Source: Marsupella aquatica (lineage: Eukaryota > Plantae > Marchantiophyta). From it: 64,000 bases of DNA. The stretch lies in NCBI GenBank assembly GCA_973895155.1, contig OZ316894.1:23868709-23932708 (forward strand). Reading direction: 5' to 3'. Position numbers and translations under genes: made by a program. The notes beneath the pieces are model-generated. The model had not been told where the DNA came from. It saw only the letters and a program-made list of their open reading frames with translations, and ran no database searches. Position 1 is the stretch's first letter. Each line of letters begins with the position of its first letter. This document shows positions 22,996 to 35,285 of this stretch, piece after piece.

Positions 22996-24240
22996 TACTT
23001 AGCCATTTCCCGGCTTTTCACTTACTGAATTGCTATTTTGACTTTTTGAGGAGTATGAAGAGGCATGTCTCTTCGACCCTATGATCTCTTACCCTGTAGG
23101 TTTTTACTATAAGACCTCTCCACCACTAGTGTAGTTTATGGTTAAGTTATGCATTTCTGCCTCTTCCTTGTGTTAACCTAGTTGATCATGAATCTATGAG
23201 TTCGAGATCAAGTTTAACATTTGGAGAGACTTACCTCCTTCTTGTGTTTTTACCTATGATTATAAACATAGGAAGTAAAATTCCTTTTGTGCAAATCTTT
23301 TGAGTTGTAATGATAGATTCCTTTTTGGTGATTCATTACAATCTCTGGAGTTCTTGAAGTTAACTCACTGAGTTTTAAGTCTTATTTGAAATTGATGGAT
23401 TTTCTTTCATGTTGCTTAGTACCATCTAAATGTTGAAGTAGTCACTCTTTTAGATCTTATCTGAGTACCACTTAGAAAGAAAGGATAAGACGTGTTGACG
23501 GCACTTTAAAAGAGTACTCTAGTAAGCATTTTAGATCTGAAAAGCAAATGTGGATTTGAATCCTTAAGTCTTTTCATTTTGACTTATGTCTAAGGAGTAA
23601 CCTTGGAAAATTCCAGACTCCCTTAGCGTACTTTGAAATTATTTTCTCTTGTGTTTTGTTAATCATTTCCTTTTCATTAATTTATGGTTACCTGATGCTG
23701 AGTTATCATTGAAAACTACTCACCGCTGTAGAGCGATCTTCAAAATACCTTATTAAAGTAATCAAACTTGATTACTATGTGTGAACATTTTTAGTTCTTT
23801 ATTATTGTTTAAATCTATCAAACCAACCCCATCTTGTTCTTTACGGGAACGAATACCGAGTTCGAAGACCTTTAAGTATGTTTTTAGTTCTTCATAGCAA
23901 ACTACAAAAGGACCGCATAGTCCATTTACCTGAGCATACTTTTGTTTTGTACATTGATGCATTTGGTTTCCCTCTCTTGGGACTTCATCATTTTCTTCTA
24001 TAAACTAGTAGGAGAAACAAACTTGTGGAATTCCACCGAGCAGTTAGGCTTCTTCGCACATTACCCTAAGGTACATAGGGAATTTAGGGGCATACGGACA
24101 CCTCCATGCCAAGGGGATTTGGTCCCCTACTTAACAGGGGAAAATATCTTATACAATTCAGTAAACAGGCGCGGGTACACTCTGAGGTTAATTAACCTAG
24201 ATAACCTCTGTAATCTATCTTCTAACACTCCATATCCTCC

Positions 24241-25661
24241 TTGTGGGACCCTTCAATGTATGAGAATTTGATGATGGATGTTGCATTCACTCTCTGCATT
24301 TTAGAAATCCATTTTCCACCAAGCTTCTTTGATGTCATGACCCATTTAATGATTCACCTAGTGGAGGAATTAGACTTGTGTGGCCCAGTTACAGGCAGAT
24401 GGATGTACCCAATAGAGAGGAACCTGAAGGTATTGAAGGGTTATGTACGAAACAAGGCACGCCCTGAAGGCTATGTATTAGATGAGTCTTTGGGATTCCT
24501 TTCTGAATACATGATTGATGCTAAGGGAGAGGGAAAATGAACCTGGGAGTTGGAGGAGGATGTAACTGGCGTTGCAGGCATTGTCTTGGAAGGGGCTACA
24601 AAGGAGATAACTTTGAATTGGTCTGAAATGATGGCCATGCATCATTATATATTGGAGAATGAAGAGATAGTGGCTCCATGGTACAGGTATGTAAACCCTG
24701 TACCATATGGATCATAATTATGTTGCCCCATTGTGTTTGTATATTCATGGTGGATTGTGCACTAATGTCTTCAGTGTTGTTGTTGCCGTGTAGGATATAT
24801 GATGCTACCAATGAGACCGTTACCAAACAAAGAGTGGATTTCCGAAAGGAATGGATGAGGAAGCCTGCCAATCAAAGAAAACCAGTGGAATTTCCCCTTG
24901 ACTGCCAAGAACTGCCACCTTTCAGGGAATTGTTCAAACATTAGTCAATACCCATACTTTTTAGACAGAGTCTGAGCAATCATTACTATCTGCATACTCC
25001 ACACCACCTAGTTTGAAGGCACGACTGTATAGGGCATGCAGAGCCTATGGGTATCACTGGAGGACTATTCCATTCTTGGGGTGTTTGAGTGATTGTGATT
25101 CTGGTGCATTCAACACTTTTGATTATGGGATGGCTTTGACATTCACCTGAGAAGCGAGTGGACAGGTCTGGCGCAACTAGAGAAGAATCGATATAGTATG
25201 TAGGGGCCTTGACAGATATCTTGGTACTGAATTACGACAGCTTGAGGAAAGAGGTGATTCTTTTCAAAGGGAAATGGGCAGATCCATCATGGACTCCTAA
25301 ATCCTCTGCCAGTATGAGGTATTATGAGTCTGGTCTTTGGCAGGTGAATTTCCACAGAGAACTAGGTGTGTCCAAGAAAATGGATTACGTTTTCCCAAAG
25401 CAAGTGGAGCAGGTTTTCTTCCACCCGAATGAGAAGGGGATAGCATGGAGAACAATTCTCCACAAAGAATCTAGGTCCACAAGGGTGTTAGGTGATTACA
25501 CAGATGTTGATTTCCATGCTACAATGGAAAACAATGCCAAATTACACATTGAATTGGCTAAAGCCTGTAGGACTAGAGCAAATCCAGGACCAAGTACTGG
25601 TCCCAACGAGGCAGAGATGCAGAGGGATCTACAAGAAAGGGTAGGCCTAAGCAGTGAATAG
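24241..25661 (+). pseudogene. CACTA/En-Spm transposase (TnpD/TNP2) C-terminal fragment, 5'-truncated
   Basis: TLCILEIHFPPSFFDVMTHLMIHLVEELDLCGPV..RWMYPIER.LKVLKGYVRNKARPEG (DUF4218-type motif) and GALTDILVLNY...VILFKGKW...YVFPKQVEQVFF...W..ILHKESR (DUF4216-type motif); stops and frameshifts present. Confidence 0.93.
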
Positions 25662-26099
25662 GTTTTAGGTGTGTGAAGTCCATAGATGGACTACATGTAT
25701 GGACTATATATGAAATCAGACTAATGTTTTGCCCATTAATTTGTGCAGTTGGTGAATGCAGCCTATGAAAGGAAGATTGCAAGGGTTGTCACATTCTGTG
25801 AATGCTTATTAGGAGGCCCGAAAGCGAAACATAGAGCATAATGTCAACATTATGCGTGATCTAGGACTGGGGCCAGACTGCATGCTGATGTGTGTGTTAA
25901 TATGTCTGTTGAAAATTTGATTCAATAGATATATGGAGTTGTCAGGTTCATGTTCTGTTTTCATATTCCAGATTGGTCTCATACTAGTATGGATCCTATA
26001 CATAAGAACCATTGTTACTCTGTTGCTCGTTGTGTTGTAGATTCTGCTTGCATGTATGTTTGATCTGCATTGGTGTATGTTGATGATTGCTTTGTTCCT

Positions 26100-28980
26100 T
26101 AGAGGCCCAACCACACATGCATGTGCAACAACAGAGAGAAAAGCCTGCATTGGTGAAAGGTACTTCAACTGGAACATTGCCAAAGAGGAGGAGCTCTAGA
26201 CTATCACAAGTTACCAAGGTGAACATGGCAGAGTCTGGTGATGATGGCTATGCCATTGGGTATGAGACTAAGGATTCTAACATTGGAGGGACGTCAAAAC
26301 CTAAGAGTGAACAGCAGGTAATGCTTGAACTTCATCATCCTAAACCCTAAACCCTTGTCCTTGTTTCAAAGTATTTGTTAATATGCCTAGTACGTTGTCC
26401 ATGATGTAGGTACAAAAACCAAAATTGTGGTCCTAAAAAGACTGGGCCTGGTGGAGGTGGGCTGGTGAGATGTTGGAAAGACCCAGACACTGGACTGTTA
26501 TATGAAAGTGAGTGGATTGTACTGATATATACCTTTTCAGTGTGTTTGGAAGTTGATATTCTACTTGGAAATGAAATTCATTGAAGTGCTTGGTGTTGTG
26601 TGTTTGTTTAGTGGTTCCATCAGCATTTGAAGGCAGATCAGGTCAATCTGACGTACTACATTCAAGAGGATCTTCAGGTAATACAAATTTGCTCGTCATG
26701 CATATGCAAGTGCATTTGCTTAACTTTTCAATGTACATATTTTCTGATTGAAAGCATGTGTGTGCATTGCAGGCGGGGCCTTTGAGATGCGCAGGGAACA
26801 AAGGCATGCTAAGAAGATGTTTGATAATGCTGCCAAACTAAGAAGGAATCAAGGATATTTGCCCAAACACATTAAAGTGAGTATTGGACTTTTTTTGAAT
26901 GTAGATTTAGACATAGATACTCTCTGTTATTGTGTGTATAAAACCTGGACTATGTATAAATTCCAGAGTTATGAATTGACATTGCATGTGAAATGCAGAT
27001 TTATGACAATGATATTGATGATTCTGATCCCAACAAACAATACTGGCTGGAGGAACTTTGTGGCAATGTACTCTGAGTCTTTGATGTATCAAAGCCAATT
27101 AAATGGACTGATCATCCACGAGTTCATATAACCAGTGTGTGGAATAACATGGCAGCCGAGTGGAAGTATGTGGGTGGGGACTCTATTGACAACAAATTCC
27201 AGAGTCATTGTCGTGGCATATTGAACAGAGAGCGCCATAAAATGCATGTTTACTGGAAGAAAGTTTGCAATGAGGATCCAACCAAACCTGGGCCAGGCCA
27301 TATGGTGTTGATCCAAAGAAATGGGCAGCTTTGGTATCTCATTTCACCAATTGTCCAACATTGATATATTTGAGTAAACAGATGACTGATAAAAGAGCAC
27401 GAGTGCAAGATACCAGTCACTTTGGTAAAGAGGGCATGTTGTAGCAGCAAAGAGAATGGTAATCTATATCATTTTCACTATCAATTATGTCTTGTTTGTG
27501 AATCTTGATGCAAATAGACTCTATGTTTCTCATTCATTGTGTGTTTGAACAGAAGCAGAATAGAGGATCAAGCCCAGGTATATCTGACCTGAAAGAAAAC
27601 CTTGGTAGTCAGGGTTCATTCCCAAAGATGACAATGAGCCCATCATTGGCAAGTGCAAAAGGTCAGACTGGTAGTTTTTTGGGAGCAAAGGTGAGCCTGT
27701 CATTGGCAAGTGGGGATGGTAAAAGTGCTAGCTTACTGGGGCAAGGATACAGACATGGATCAGCTGTGAGTATTGTAAATCCAATCTGATTTATACATCA
27801 TTTTCCATTTGATAGAGTGTTGTGTCATTTGTTAGTTTGACAGTGAGAATGTTGTGTAGGTTTGTGGTTCATTTACAGACCCCACATTCAAAAGAAGAGA
27901 TCTTTGCCATTGGGGCTGTCAAATTGGATGTCGATGTGTTAAAATTAAAGGCAGTGTGAAGGAGTTGACAAACATGATGACTATATGGATGGCACATCAC
28001 TCCAATAATGCACAAGTTCCAACATTTGTTCCTAGTCATAGTAAGTTGACTGTACAGCTACCAAAGAAGGTAGTAGAAAACGATCTCTTACTTTTTCAGG
28101 TGATAATGGAGGTAAAATTCTCTATCATCTATTCACTGTCCATTCAATGTAATTATTGTGGTGTATATATGTCATTGCATGCATGTTTATAATGTTCTTG
28201 CATGTTCTAGTGTAATTATATGTTGCTGGTGTATACATGTTTGTTTATGTATTTCTCTTGTGTGTGTTTTATGACAGCATCTTTAGGGGAGCCTCCTATG
28301 TCACAGGGAAATCCAACGGACACAGCTAACAGTATTCTGCAGCAAAATGAATTGGAAGTGAACCTATTGCCATCTGAGTTGCCCAAAGATGCCATTTCAG
28401 ATGCCTTTCAGTTGCCAAAGGATAAGTCAATTGAGTTGACACCAGATAAAACCCCAGAATCATCTGAGTTGCCAAAAGATACTCATGCTCTAAGTGAACA
28501 GGATGACACTCCATCAACTAGAAGGGGAAAGTTCAAGAAAAGGAAGAAAGGATATATATCTTCAGCAAATGCATCACCTGCATAGAAGAAACTCATTCAG
28601 TCTCCTAACCCCATTGCAAAGGTAAAAGTGTTGTTAGATTTTAGTGTTCTTAAATTGTATCTTTCAATTTGTGCATATTGCATTTTTAACAAAATGTGTT
28701 ATTCACAGTTTGCAAGAGGAGATTTGGTGAAGATGAAGAGTGTTGTGGACAATTCCATGATAGTGGCAGAAGGTGAGGTGACAGGGCTGCCAGGAGAAGA
28801 TAATTAAGTTCCATTGTGCAGATTTTGAAAGCCCTTTCTTGCGAGTGCATGTGATTGAAGTGTTTGTAGATGTGGCATTGCCATTTGCTAATGCAGGGGA
28901 GAACCAGTCTAAGTAAGTTATCTGATGTGAAGGGGATGAATGCCCTGTGGAACTCTAGATTGCTCAAGAAGCAGTAGAAG
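26100..28980 (+). pseudogene. CACTA second gene (TnpA/TNP1-like), multi-exon and decayed
   Basis: Short GT-AG-bounded exons downstream of the transposase, ending with GDLVKMKSVV...IVAEGEV.G, typical of the En/Spm ORF2 C-terminal region. Confidence 0.55.
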
Positions 28981-29129
28981 CAGCCATGGGCCAAGAAGCG
29001 ATAGACATGATAGAAGTAGGTTTTGTAGAATGAGAATGACAACTCTGTTTTTCTACAGACATTAAGAGTTGTTGGTATTTCAGATTGTAGCACTTGACAA
29101 TATATCTAATAATAATATGTGTATGCTTT

Positions 29130-30117
29130 TTTTCAATGTCATTTTTCTTGTCATTGAAATGACATTGAACAAAACTTAATCACACTTGCATTTGATTATT
29201 TGCTTGCATTTGCATTGAGTTGAATAACTATTGCAGGATTGAAGAATGTGTCATGTCAATTGGATTTGAAAGGTATAGAATGTCTCTTTAGGGTTTCATT
29301 CTGCAAATGTATTGAATAACTTTGTAGTGTATGACTCTTAAAATGACAAGAATTTCTGTCTAATAATCTTGACCACCCTAAGTCATTGAATACATGACCT
29401 GAATGACATTTAAATTGACTGATCTAATGGTCATTATGAACATTTACATTTGTGTCCAATATGACTCGACTCAAGTCATTAAATACATAACTTTAATGAC
29501 CCAAAAAATGACATCTAAAATGACCTATCTCATGGTCATTATGGACATATATAATTGTGTCCAATATGACTACTTTAAAGTCATTCAAGACATGTCATTA
29601 ATGACTAATGTGTATTTTACGTGTCATCTCCCAATTGGATCACGTGTTCCAATATCACTAGTCTACAATGTAGTCATTTTGGACAAGTCTTAAATGACCC
29701 AACCCTATTGCCACGTGGTGAATACCCTTTGAGCCACATGTCATTACTTGATTTGTTACATATTGTACGTCATTTTGGACAAGTCCTAAATGACAAATAA
29801 TCTTCCTTCTTTAATTGCCACATGGAATTATATAATTGGGTACGGAGACTGTCGACAGTGAACGGCAATTGATCATCAACTTACGGTGGTTTTTTGGTCA
29901 TTTTGGACTGTTCACCATTTATGACCAAATTGTAAATAATTAAGTCATTTCAGACTACACAAAATGACCACACATTTTTGCGTCATTTGTCCAAAAGGAC
30001 CGTGACCCATATGTCCGTTGTGATGCGTCTGGAAAGGCCAAAACAAATGCGTCATTATTTTGTTGAAAAGACCATTTGAATAGTCATTTTTGTGGTCATA
30101 AACAACCTTTTTTCTAC
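29130..30117. repeat. CACTA 3' subterminal repeat region (AATGAC/GTCATT motif in both orientations); terminus degenerate
   Basis: Dense aatgac/gtcatt occurrences. The region ends cctttttctact, where a ...TAGTG terminus would be expected. Confidence 0.65.
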
Positions 30118-31739
30118 TCTAACTGAATAGGTCCTTGAATGCCCAAAAGAGGTGGATTGTTCTTTCAAACCCCACTCATCCGTTAACTTCACTACCTCTG
30201 CATGCATATGGTCGAGTGCATGGTCATTTGTGGTGATCGAATCCCAACACTCAAGCCATGCTGGATGCAACACTTCAGAACAAGCTTCGCACTTAAAGGG
30301 GCTCTATCTCATCCTTTTAGAACAAGGGCCAGAAGCAACTTTCAATTGGATGGTAACAATGGCCACAAGGTGTTGGAACCCAATTATTACAAAAGAAGCC
30401 AAGAGTAATTATGGCGAACTAGGGGTCTCACTATACTCGTCACTATATGGAGGCCTCCCCATCACCTGCGATGTTTTTAGGCCTTGGACCCCCTAAAATG
30501 TAAGAAAAAATTAGTTAAAGGATCAATGATGAATCATGTTCAATGACATGTCAGTGGCACATTTGAAAGGTTACCTCTTAACCTTGCTACATACTTCTAA
30601 GTGCTTTCCTAAAATGAATTAAACGCCCCTTACTTCATTCTCAAGTACGTACATGCATGACATCAACATTGTAGTTCAAGTGACCCCCCCAAGCCCCAGC
30701 CCAAAGAGAGAATGGTGAGAAACTGGAGCCTCTTGTAAGATCTCTCCTGCGGCCACCCCCACATTCTTGTCAGCCCTCAGGCTCCTCCATCCCTTGGCTT
30801 CCTTATGAGCGTCCTTAGGGCCATCCGGTCTAGAACTGCCTAGATTGGACGTTTCATGTAAACTTTGATGGGTGAGGGGAGACGCCCAGTCCATACCCTA
30901 AATATATCCTAAAACCCAAAACCACAAACATGTACCGGTTGGGGCTTGACACATTGCTAAATCAGAGAGAGATGCATCCTCTTGACTCTTTTCCCCGCTA
31001 TTTTCATGTGCCTTTGGTTCAAAAACTTCCCCATGAATTACATTTTTTTGTAATAGGGAAGGCACGTATACAAGAATAGGACCTGGAGATTTTTCATTCA
31101 AATCTAGAAAGATTTAATATTTTTCCTGCCAAATCTATGATTAACACCCATGGTACGCCCAATCGTACGTTGTACAAGTATATTTTGTTGATTTAAATTT
31201 GTGAGCTGAGGGGTGCTGAAGCTCCAACTTCGATCCATGGGAATTGGATCCATGGGAATTCAATCTGCTGATTGGCAGGATGGAGCACGTGGGCCTAAAT
31301 ACACTGAAAGAAACTTGGGTCATTGTAGGGTGCAAACAAACATTAAAAAATTTCATTGCAGTGCAAGAGCAAAATTTGTCTTCACATGACCTCTAATTTT
31401 TCTATATCCAAGTACCTCGCTACCAACAACTTGGTTGATAATAGACATATTTTGGGACTCCTCCATTGCTAGCTAACTCGCTAGCCATATGGAGTCATAA
31501 AAAACACACAAAAAATTGATATTAATCGCAGCAAAAACCGAAAAGAAACTTTAAATTACTAGTGTCTGGCTAAGAGCCCTCTACTAGCTAACAAAATTAG
31601 TGTTTGCTCTCATTGTACAATACCTAACAAACTCTGAGCTCGAGAATACAAAGAGCGAGCACCTGCGTCATTGCCACTAGCTGATCGTGAGAACCTTCTG
31701 GACAGACCGAGATCTGATGGTGAGGAGCTTCCAGAGGAG

Positions 31740-31860
31740 TGACGTCATCAGATGCTAAACACGACGTCATCAGATGCTAAACGCGACGTCATCAGATGCT
31801 AAACGCGACGTCATCAGATGCTAAACGCGACGTCATCAGATGCTAAACGCGACGTCACCA
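31740..31860. repeat. 22-bp tandem repeat (GACGTCATCAGATGCTAAACGC) x5 plus a partial copy
   Basis: Units start at 31741, 31763, 31785, 31807 and 31829; each contains ACGTCA. Confidence 0.95.
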
Positions 31861-32029
31861 GATTTGTCATCAGCTCCTCGACGAGTGCATGGCAATATCT
31901 CATAGTTAGATCCAATGTCATCGGCTCCTCAACGAGTGCATGGCAAGATCTGATAGTTAGATCCAACTTGCATGCGGAGGGTCCTACAAGACGTTCGGCG
32001 GCTCTCATGTGTTTTGCATGTGTTTTGGA

Positions 32030-32545
32030 GGGAGAGCGAGCGAGGGAGCGAGGGAGCGAGCGAGGGAGGGAGCCAAAGAGCGAGCGAGGAAGCGCTGCTC
32101 ACGGGGTATAAAAGACCTTGCCACCTTGTTTTGTTTCAGAGCTCTTACCGAAGCGATATATTACTGTGCTTGTGCTGTTGCGAGAAGGAGAGAGTGTACC
32201 GAAGCCTTGCGCGAAGGACAGAGAGAGTAGCTTGTGCTGTTGCGAGAAGGAGAGAGTGTATCGAAGCCTTGCGCGAAGGAGAGAGAGAGTAGCTTGTGCT
32301 GTTGCGAGAAGGAGAGAGTGTACCGAAGCCTTGCGCGAGGGAGAGCGAGCGAGGAAGCCAAAGAGCGAGCGAGGGAAGCGCTGCTGACGGGGTTTAACGA
32401 CCTTGCCACCTTGTTTTGTTTCAGAGCTCTTACCGAAGCGATATATTAATTACTGTGCTTGTGCTGTGGCGAGAAGGAGAGAGAGTAGCTTGTGCTGTTG
32501 CGAGAAGGAGAGAGTGTACCGAAGCCTTGCGCGAAGGAGAGAGAG
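32030..32545. repeat. GA-rich ~62-bp tandem units nested in a ~280-bp duplication
   Basis: cttgtgctgttgcgagaaggagagagtgtaccgaagccttgcgcgaagga recurs 4-5 times; ccttgccaccttgttttgtttcagagctcttaccgaagcgatata occurs at 32116 and 32401. Confidence 0.9.
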
Positions 32546-32811
32546 TACCAAAGCCAAATCTTAGTGTGCTCGTGCACTGGCCAGAAGGAGAGAGTAATCA
32601 AGAAGCGAGAGAGCGGGAGAGTCGGAGAGCGCTGCGAACGGGGCTTGGCGACTGTGCCACCTTGGTTCAGGGCTCTTGCCGACGCGATACTGTATATCAC
32701 AACTTTGTTCAGGAGGCGTTGCTCGGTCTTGGAGGGAGATTTTGGTCGGTGCAGAACGGTGGACGGAGAGTGCTGAGGAGAGCTTCAGCAGCGCGAGGAA
32801 GCCACTTTGCG

Positions 32812-33381
32812 ATGTCGACGTTCAGGAAGCTGTACGCAGCGCGTGAGGTAGAACGGGATCAGAACAGGATGTACGTTGGGGCTCTACTCGAGCAAGACCT
32901 GGCTCGGAGACCTGTGCGCACGGAAGTGGATTGGAGCAGGATGTCAGTTGGGCCTCTACTCGAGCAAGACCTGGCTCGGAGACCTGTGCGCACGGTACGC
33001 GGAGTGTCACAGGAGCCTCCACTCATCTATTATTACAGCCCGATAATTCATCGGGCCAGTGAGTTGGGATACGGCGGCTCCTCTACATCGTCGAGCACCA
33101 CTGAACCACTACGACTGACGTTCAAAGGTGAAGACAAGGCGAGCACCACCGAACCACTACGACTGACGTTCAAAGGTGAAGACAAGGCGGAACCGAAGAG
33201 CAACCGCCTGTACTATGGGACTCTTGACTATGTGGTGGAGAAACACGGCAGTAAATACGTGAAAATCTGGGAACGCTCTCGATCAGGGCGTACTTCAAAA
33301 GCTAAAGTTCTAAAGTTCAATCTGCTGGAGAAGGCAAAGAAACTAGTTGGTTGTAGGGGCGTACGTACTTCCAGAAATTAA
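32812..33381 (+). CDS. Hypothetical 189-aa ORF built from in-frame duplications
   Basis: ATG at 32812 downstream of TATAAAAG (32107); repeats LLEQDLARRPVRT x2 and STTEPLRLTFKGEDKA x2; no recognisable family. Confidence 0.3.
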   Translation: MSTFRKLYAAREVERDQNRMYVGALLEQDLARRPVRTEVDWSRMSVGPLLEQDLARRPVRTVRGVSQEPPLIYYYSPIIHRASELGYGGSSTSSSTTEPLRLTFKGEDKASTTEPLRLTFKGEDKAEPKSNRLYYGTLDYVVEKHGSKYVKIWERSRSGRTSKAKVLKFNLLEKAKKLVGCRGVRTSRN

Positions 33382-33425
33382 TGGAATGAAACGGGTCGAC
33401 CTGCTGGATCGGAGGAGAATTTGAA

Positions 33426-33595
33426 GGAAGTAGTTGATATGATCGAGGACTCAAGAGATGCAGTGAAAATCGGGAGTAGACAAAGGAACTAGTTGATATG
33501 CGGACTCGGAGATGCAGTGAGAATCGGGAGTAGACAACGGAACTAGTTGATATGAGGACTCAGAGATGCAGTGAAAATCGGGTGTAGACGACGGA
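33426..33595. repeat. ~54-bp tandem repeat x3
   Basis: agttgatatg..gactc.gagatgcagtga.aatcggg.gtagac occurs three times. Confidence 0.85.
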
Positions 33596-33999
33596 CTTAC
33601 AGTACTTGATAGTCGCTTGCAATATAATACTTCCAGTGTGACACAAATCCAACAAGTGAGGACTGGTCGATCGCCAAATGGATCTGCTGTCACTGACACA
33701 AACCCTGGCGGAGAAAGGTTAATAGCTAGTCCCTTGCCAAAAACGAAGCACAAACTTACAAGGGATCCGCTGTCAAGAAAAGACACAAATCCCGCAAGGA
33801 AGGGCTGTTTGCCCCTTGCAAGCTCGAAGGATCCGCTGTCGAAAATGGACACAAATCCTGCAAGAAAGGATAATAGCTAGTCCTTTGCCAAAAGGGTCCG
33901 TTGTCACACTCAGATACAGGGAAGTGACGATTTGTTCCTTGCAACGTGGTGCTGCTGTTGCACAAAATCGAGCAAAGGGCGTCAGGTACATACTGTCCT

Positions 34000-34560
34000 T
34001 AGTTGAAGCCCGACCACAGCTAGCATCTATAAGTCCTCATGGAGATGAATTCATTAGTTGAAGCCCGACCACAACATCGATAAGTACTCATGGAGATGAA
34101 TTCCTTAGTGGAGGCCCGACCATAACGTAGATAGGGCCTCATGTACATACATTCTTTAGTGGAGGCCCGACCATAACGTAGATAGGGCCTCATGTACATA
34201 CATTCTTTAGTGGAGGCCCGACCATAACGTAGATAGGGCCTCATGTACATACATTCTTTAGTGGAGGCCCGACCATAACGTAGATAGGGCCTCATGTACA
34301 TACATTCTTTAGTGGAGGCCCGACCATAACGTAGATAGGGCCTCATGTACATACATTCTTTAGTGGAGGCCCGACCATAACGTAGATAGGGCCTCATGTA
34401 CATACATTCTTCAGTGGAAGCCCGACCATAACGTAGATAGGGCCTCATGTACATACATTCTTCAGTGGAAGCCCGACCATAACGTAGATAGGGCCTCATG
34501 TACATACATTCTTCAGTGGAAGCCCGACCATAACGTAGATAGGGCTCATGTACATACATT
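34000..34560. repeat. 51-bp minisatellite: 9 near-identical and 2 degenerate units
   Basis: TAGTGGAGGCCCGACCATAACGTAGATAGGGCCTCATGTACATACATTCTT repeated head-to-tail from 34106 at 51-bp spacing, with no spacers. Confidence 0.97.
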
Positions 34561-35285
34561 CATTATTCTTTATATACAGTTTACTGCCAGGGTTTTTACT
34601 ATGCTTGAAAACTCATGGTTCCCTTTCAATGATACGCGTGCTTGCAAATTGCTCATACGTTTTTCATGAGTTGGCTTGTACATGCAAATTGCTCATCTGT
34701 ATACGTTTTTCATGAGTTCATTGTACATAATGATCCAATGATTCGGGCCAATGATTACTCTTACACTCAACTTATCCGTAAAAGTGGTGCCTCGGTCAGT
34801 GCAGGTTGACCAAAATTTCTGTGACACATTTTGACACTCCTAGCCTAGCTACTATTCGTAAATGCACAGAGCAGTTTGAACTCTGTTAACTGAGATACAT
34901 TCTTTAGTGGAAGCCCGACCATAACATAGATAGGACTAGTGTACATACATTCATTATTCTTTATATAAAGTTTATTGCCAGGGTTTTCCCAAGCTTGAAA
35001 ACTAAGAGCCCGTTCCTGGACTCTGCCTTTCAAGCATGGTTTCCCTTTCAATGATTCGGCGTACTTGCAAATTGCTCATCTTAATACGTTCTTCATGAGT
35101 TGGCTTGTATACAATGATCCAATGATTCGGGCCAATGATTACTCTAACTCTAAACGTACCTATTCGAAAAAGTGGTGCTTCAGTCAGTGTGGGTTTGGAC
35201 AAAATTTCTGTTACACATTTGGAGACTGCTACTATCGATCCGTAAACGCACATAGCAGTTTGAGCTCCGATAACTGAGATATATA
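34514..35285. repeat. Diverged ~390-bp tandem duplication, each copy starting with one 51-bp unit
   Basis: Blocks cattcattattctttatata, tgatccaatgattcgggccaatgattactct and aaaatttctgt.acacatttt each occur twice. Confidence 0.85.

Larger units (their letters stand above)
6828..24227 (-). mobile_element. Putative ~4.27-kb LTR remnant (3' LTR with PPT) of a second retroelement, interrupted by the inner gypsy insertion
   Basis: On the minus strand: purine-rich AAGGAGGATATGGAG, then TGTTAGAAGATAGATTACAGAGG from 24227, ending TTGGCACTTTAACA at 6828. These termini resemble the inner LTR termini (TGTAAACGATAAAAATTACACCGG ... TTGGCATTTAACA). No partner LTR or TSD is visible in the window. Confidence 0.5.

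Noticed and set aside
23500-23511. GGCACTTTAAAA as an inverted partner of TGTTAAAGTGCC (6828), defining a TIR element
   Set aside because: No matching TSD and no CA end; the 24227 boundary with a PPT-like tract fits better, though the 10-bp match is unexplained.
30120-31400. Minus-strand exon-like fragments
   Set aside because: Splice-like sites exist, but the frames contain stops and no family could be recognised.
34020-34559. 179-aa repeat ORF on the minus strand
   Set aside because: The open frame follows trivially from a stop-free 51-bp unit; there is no independent coding evidence.
34000-34560. CRISPR-like array of hairpin repeats
   Set aside because: Units are head-to-tail with no unique spacers, no cas genes are present, and the context is eukaryotic.
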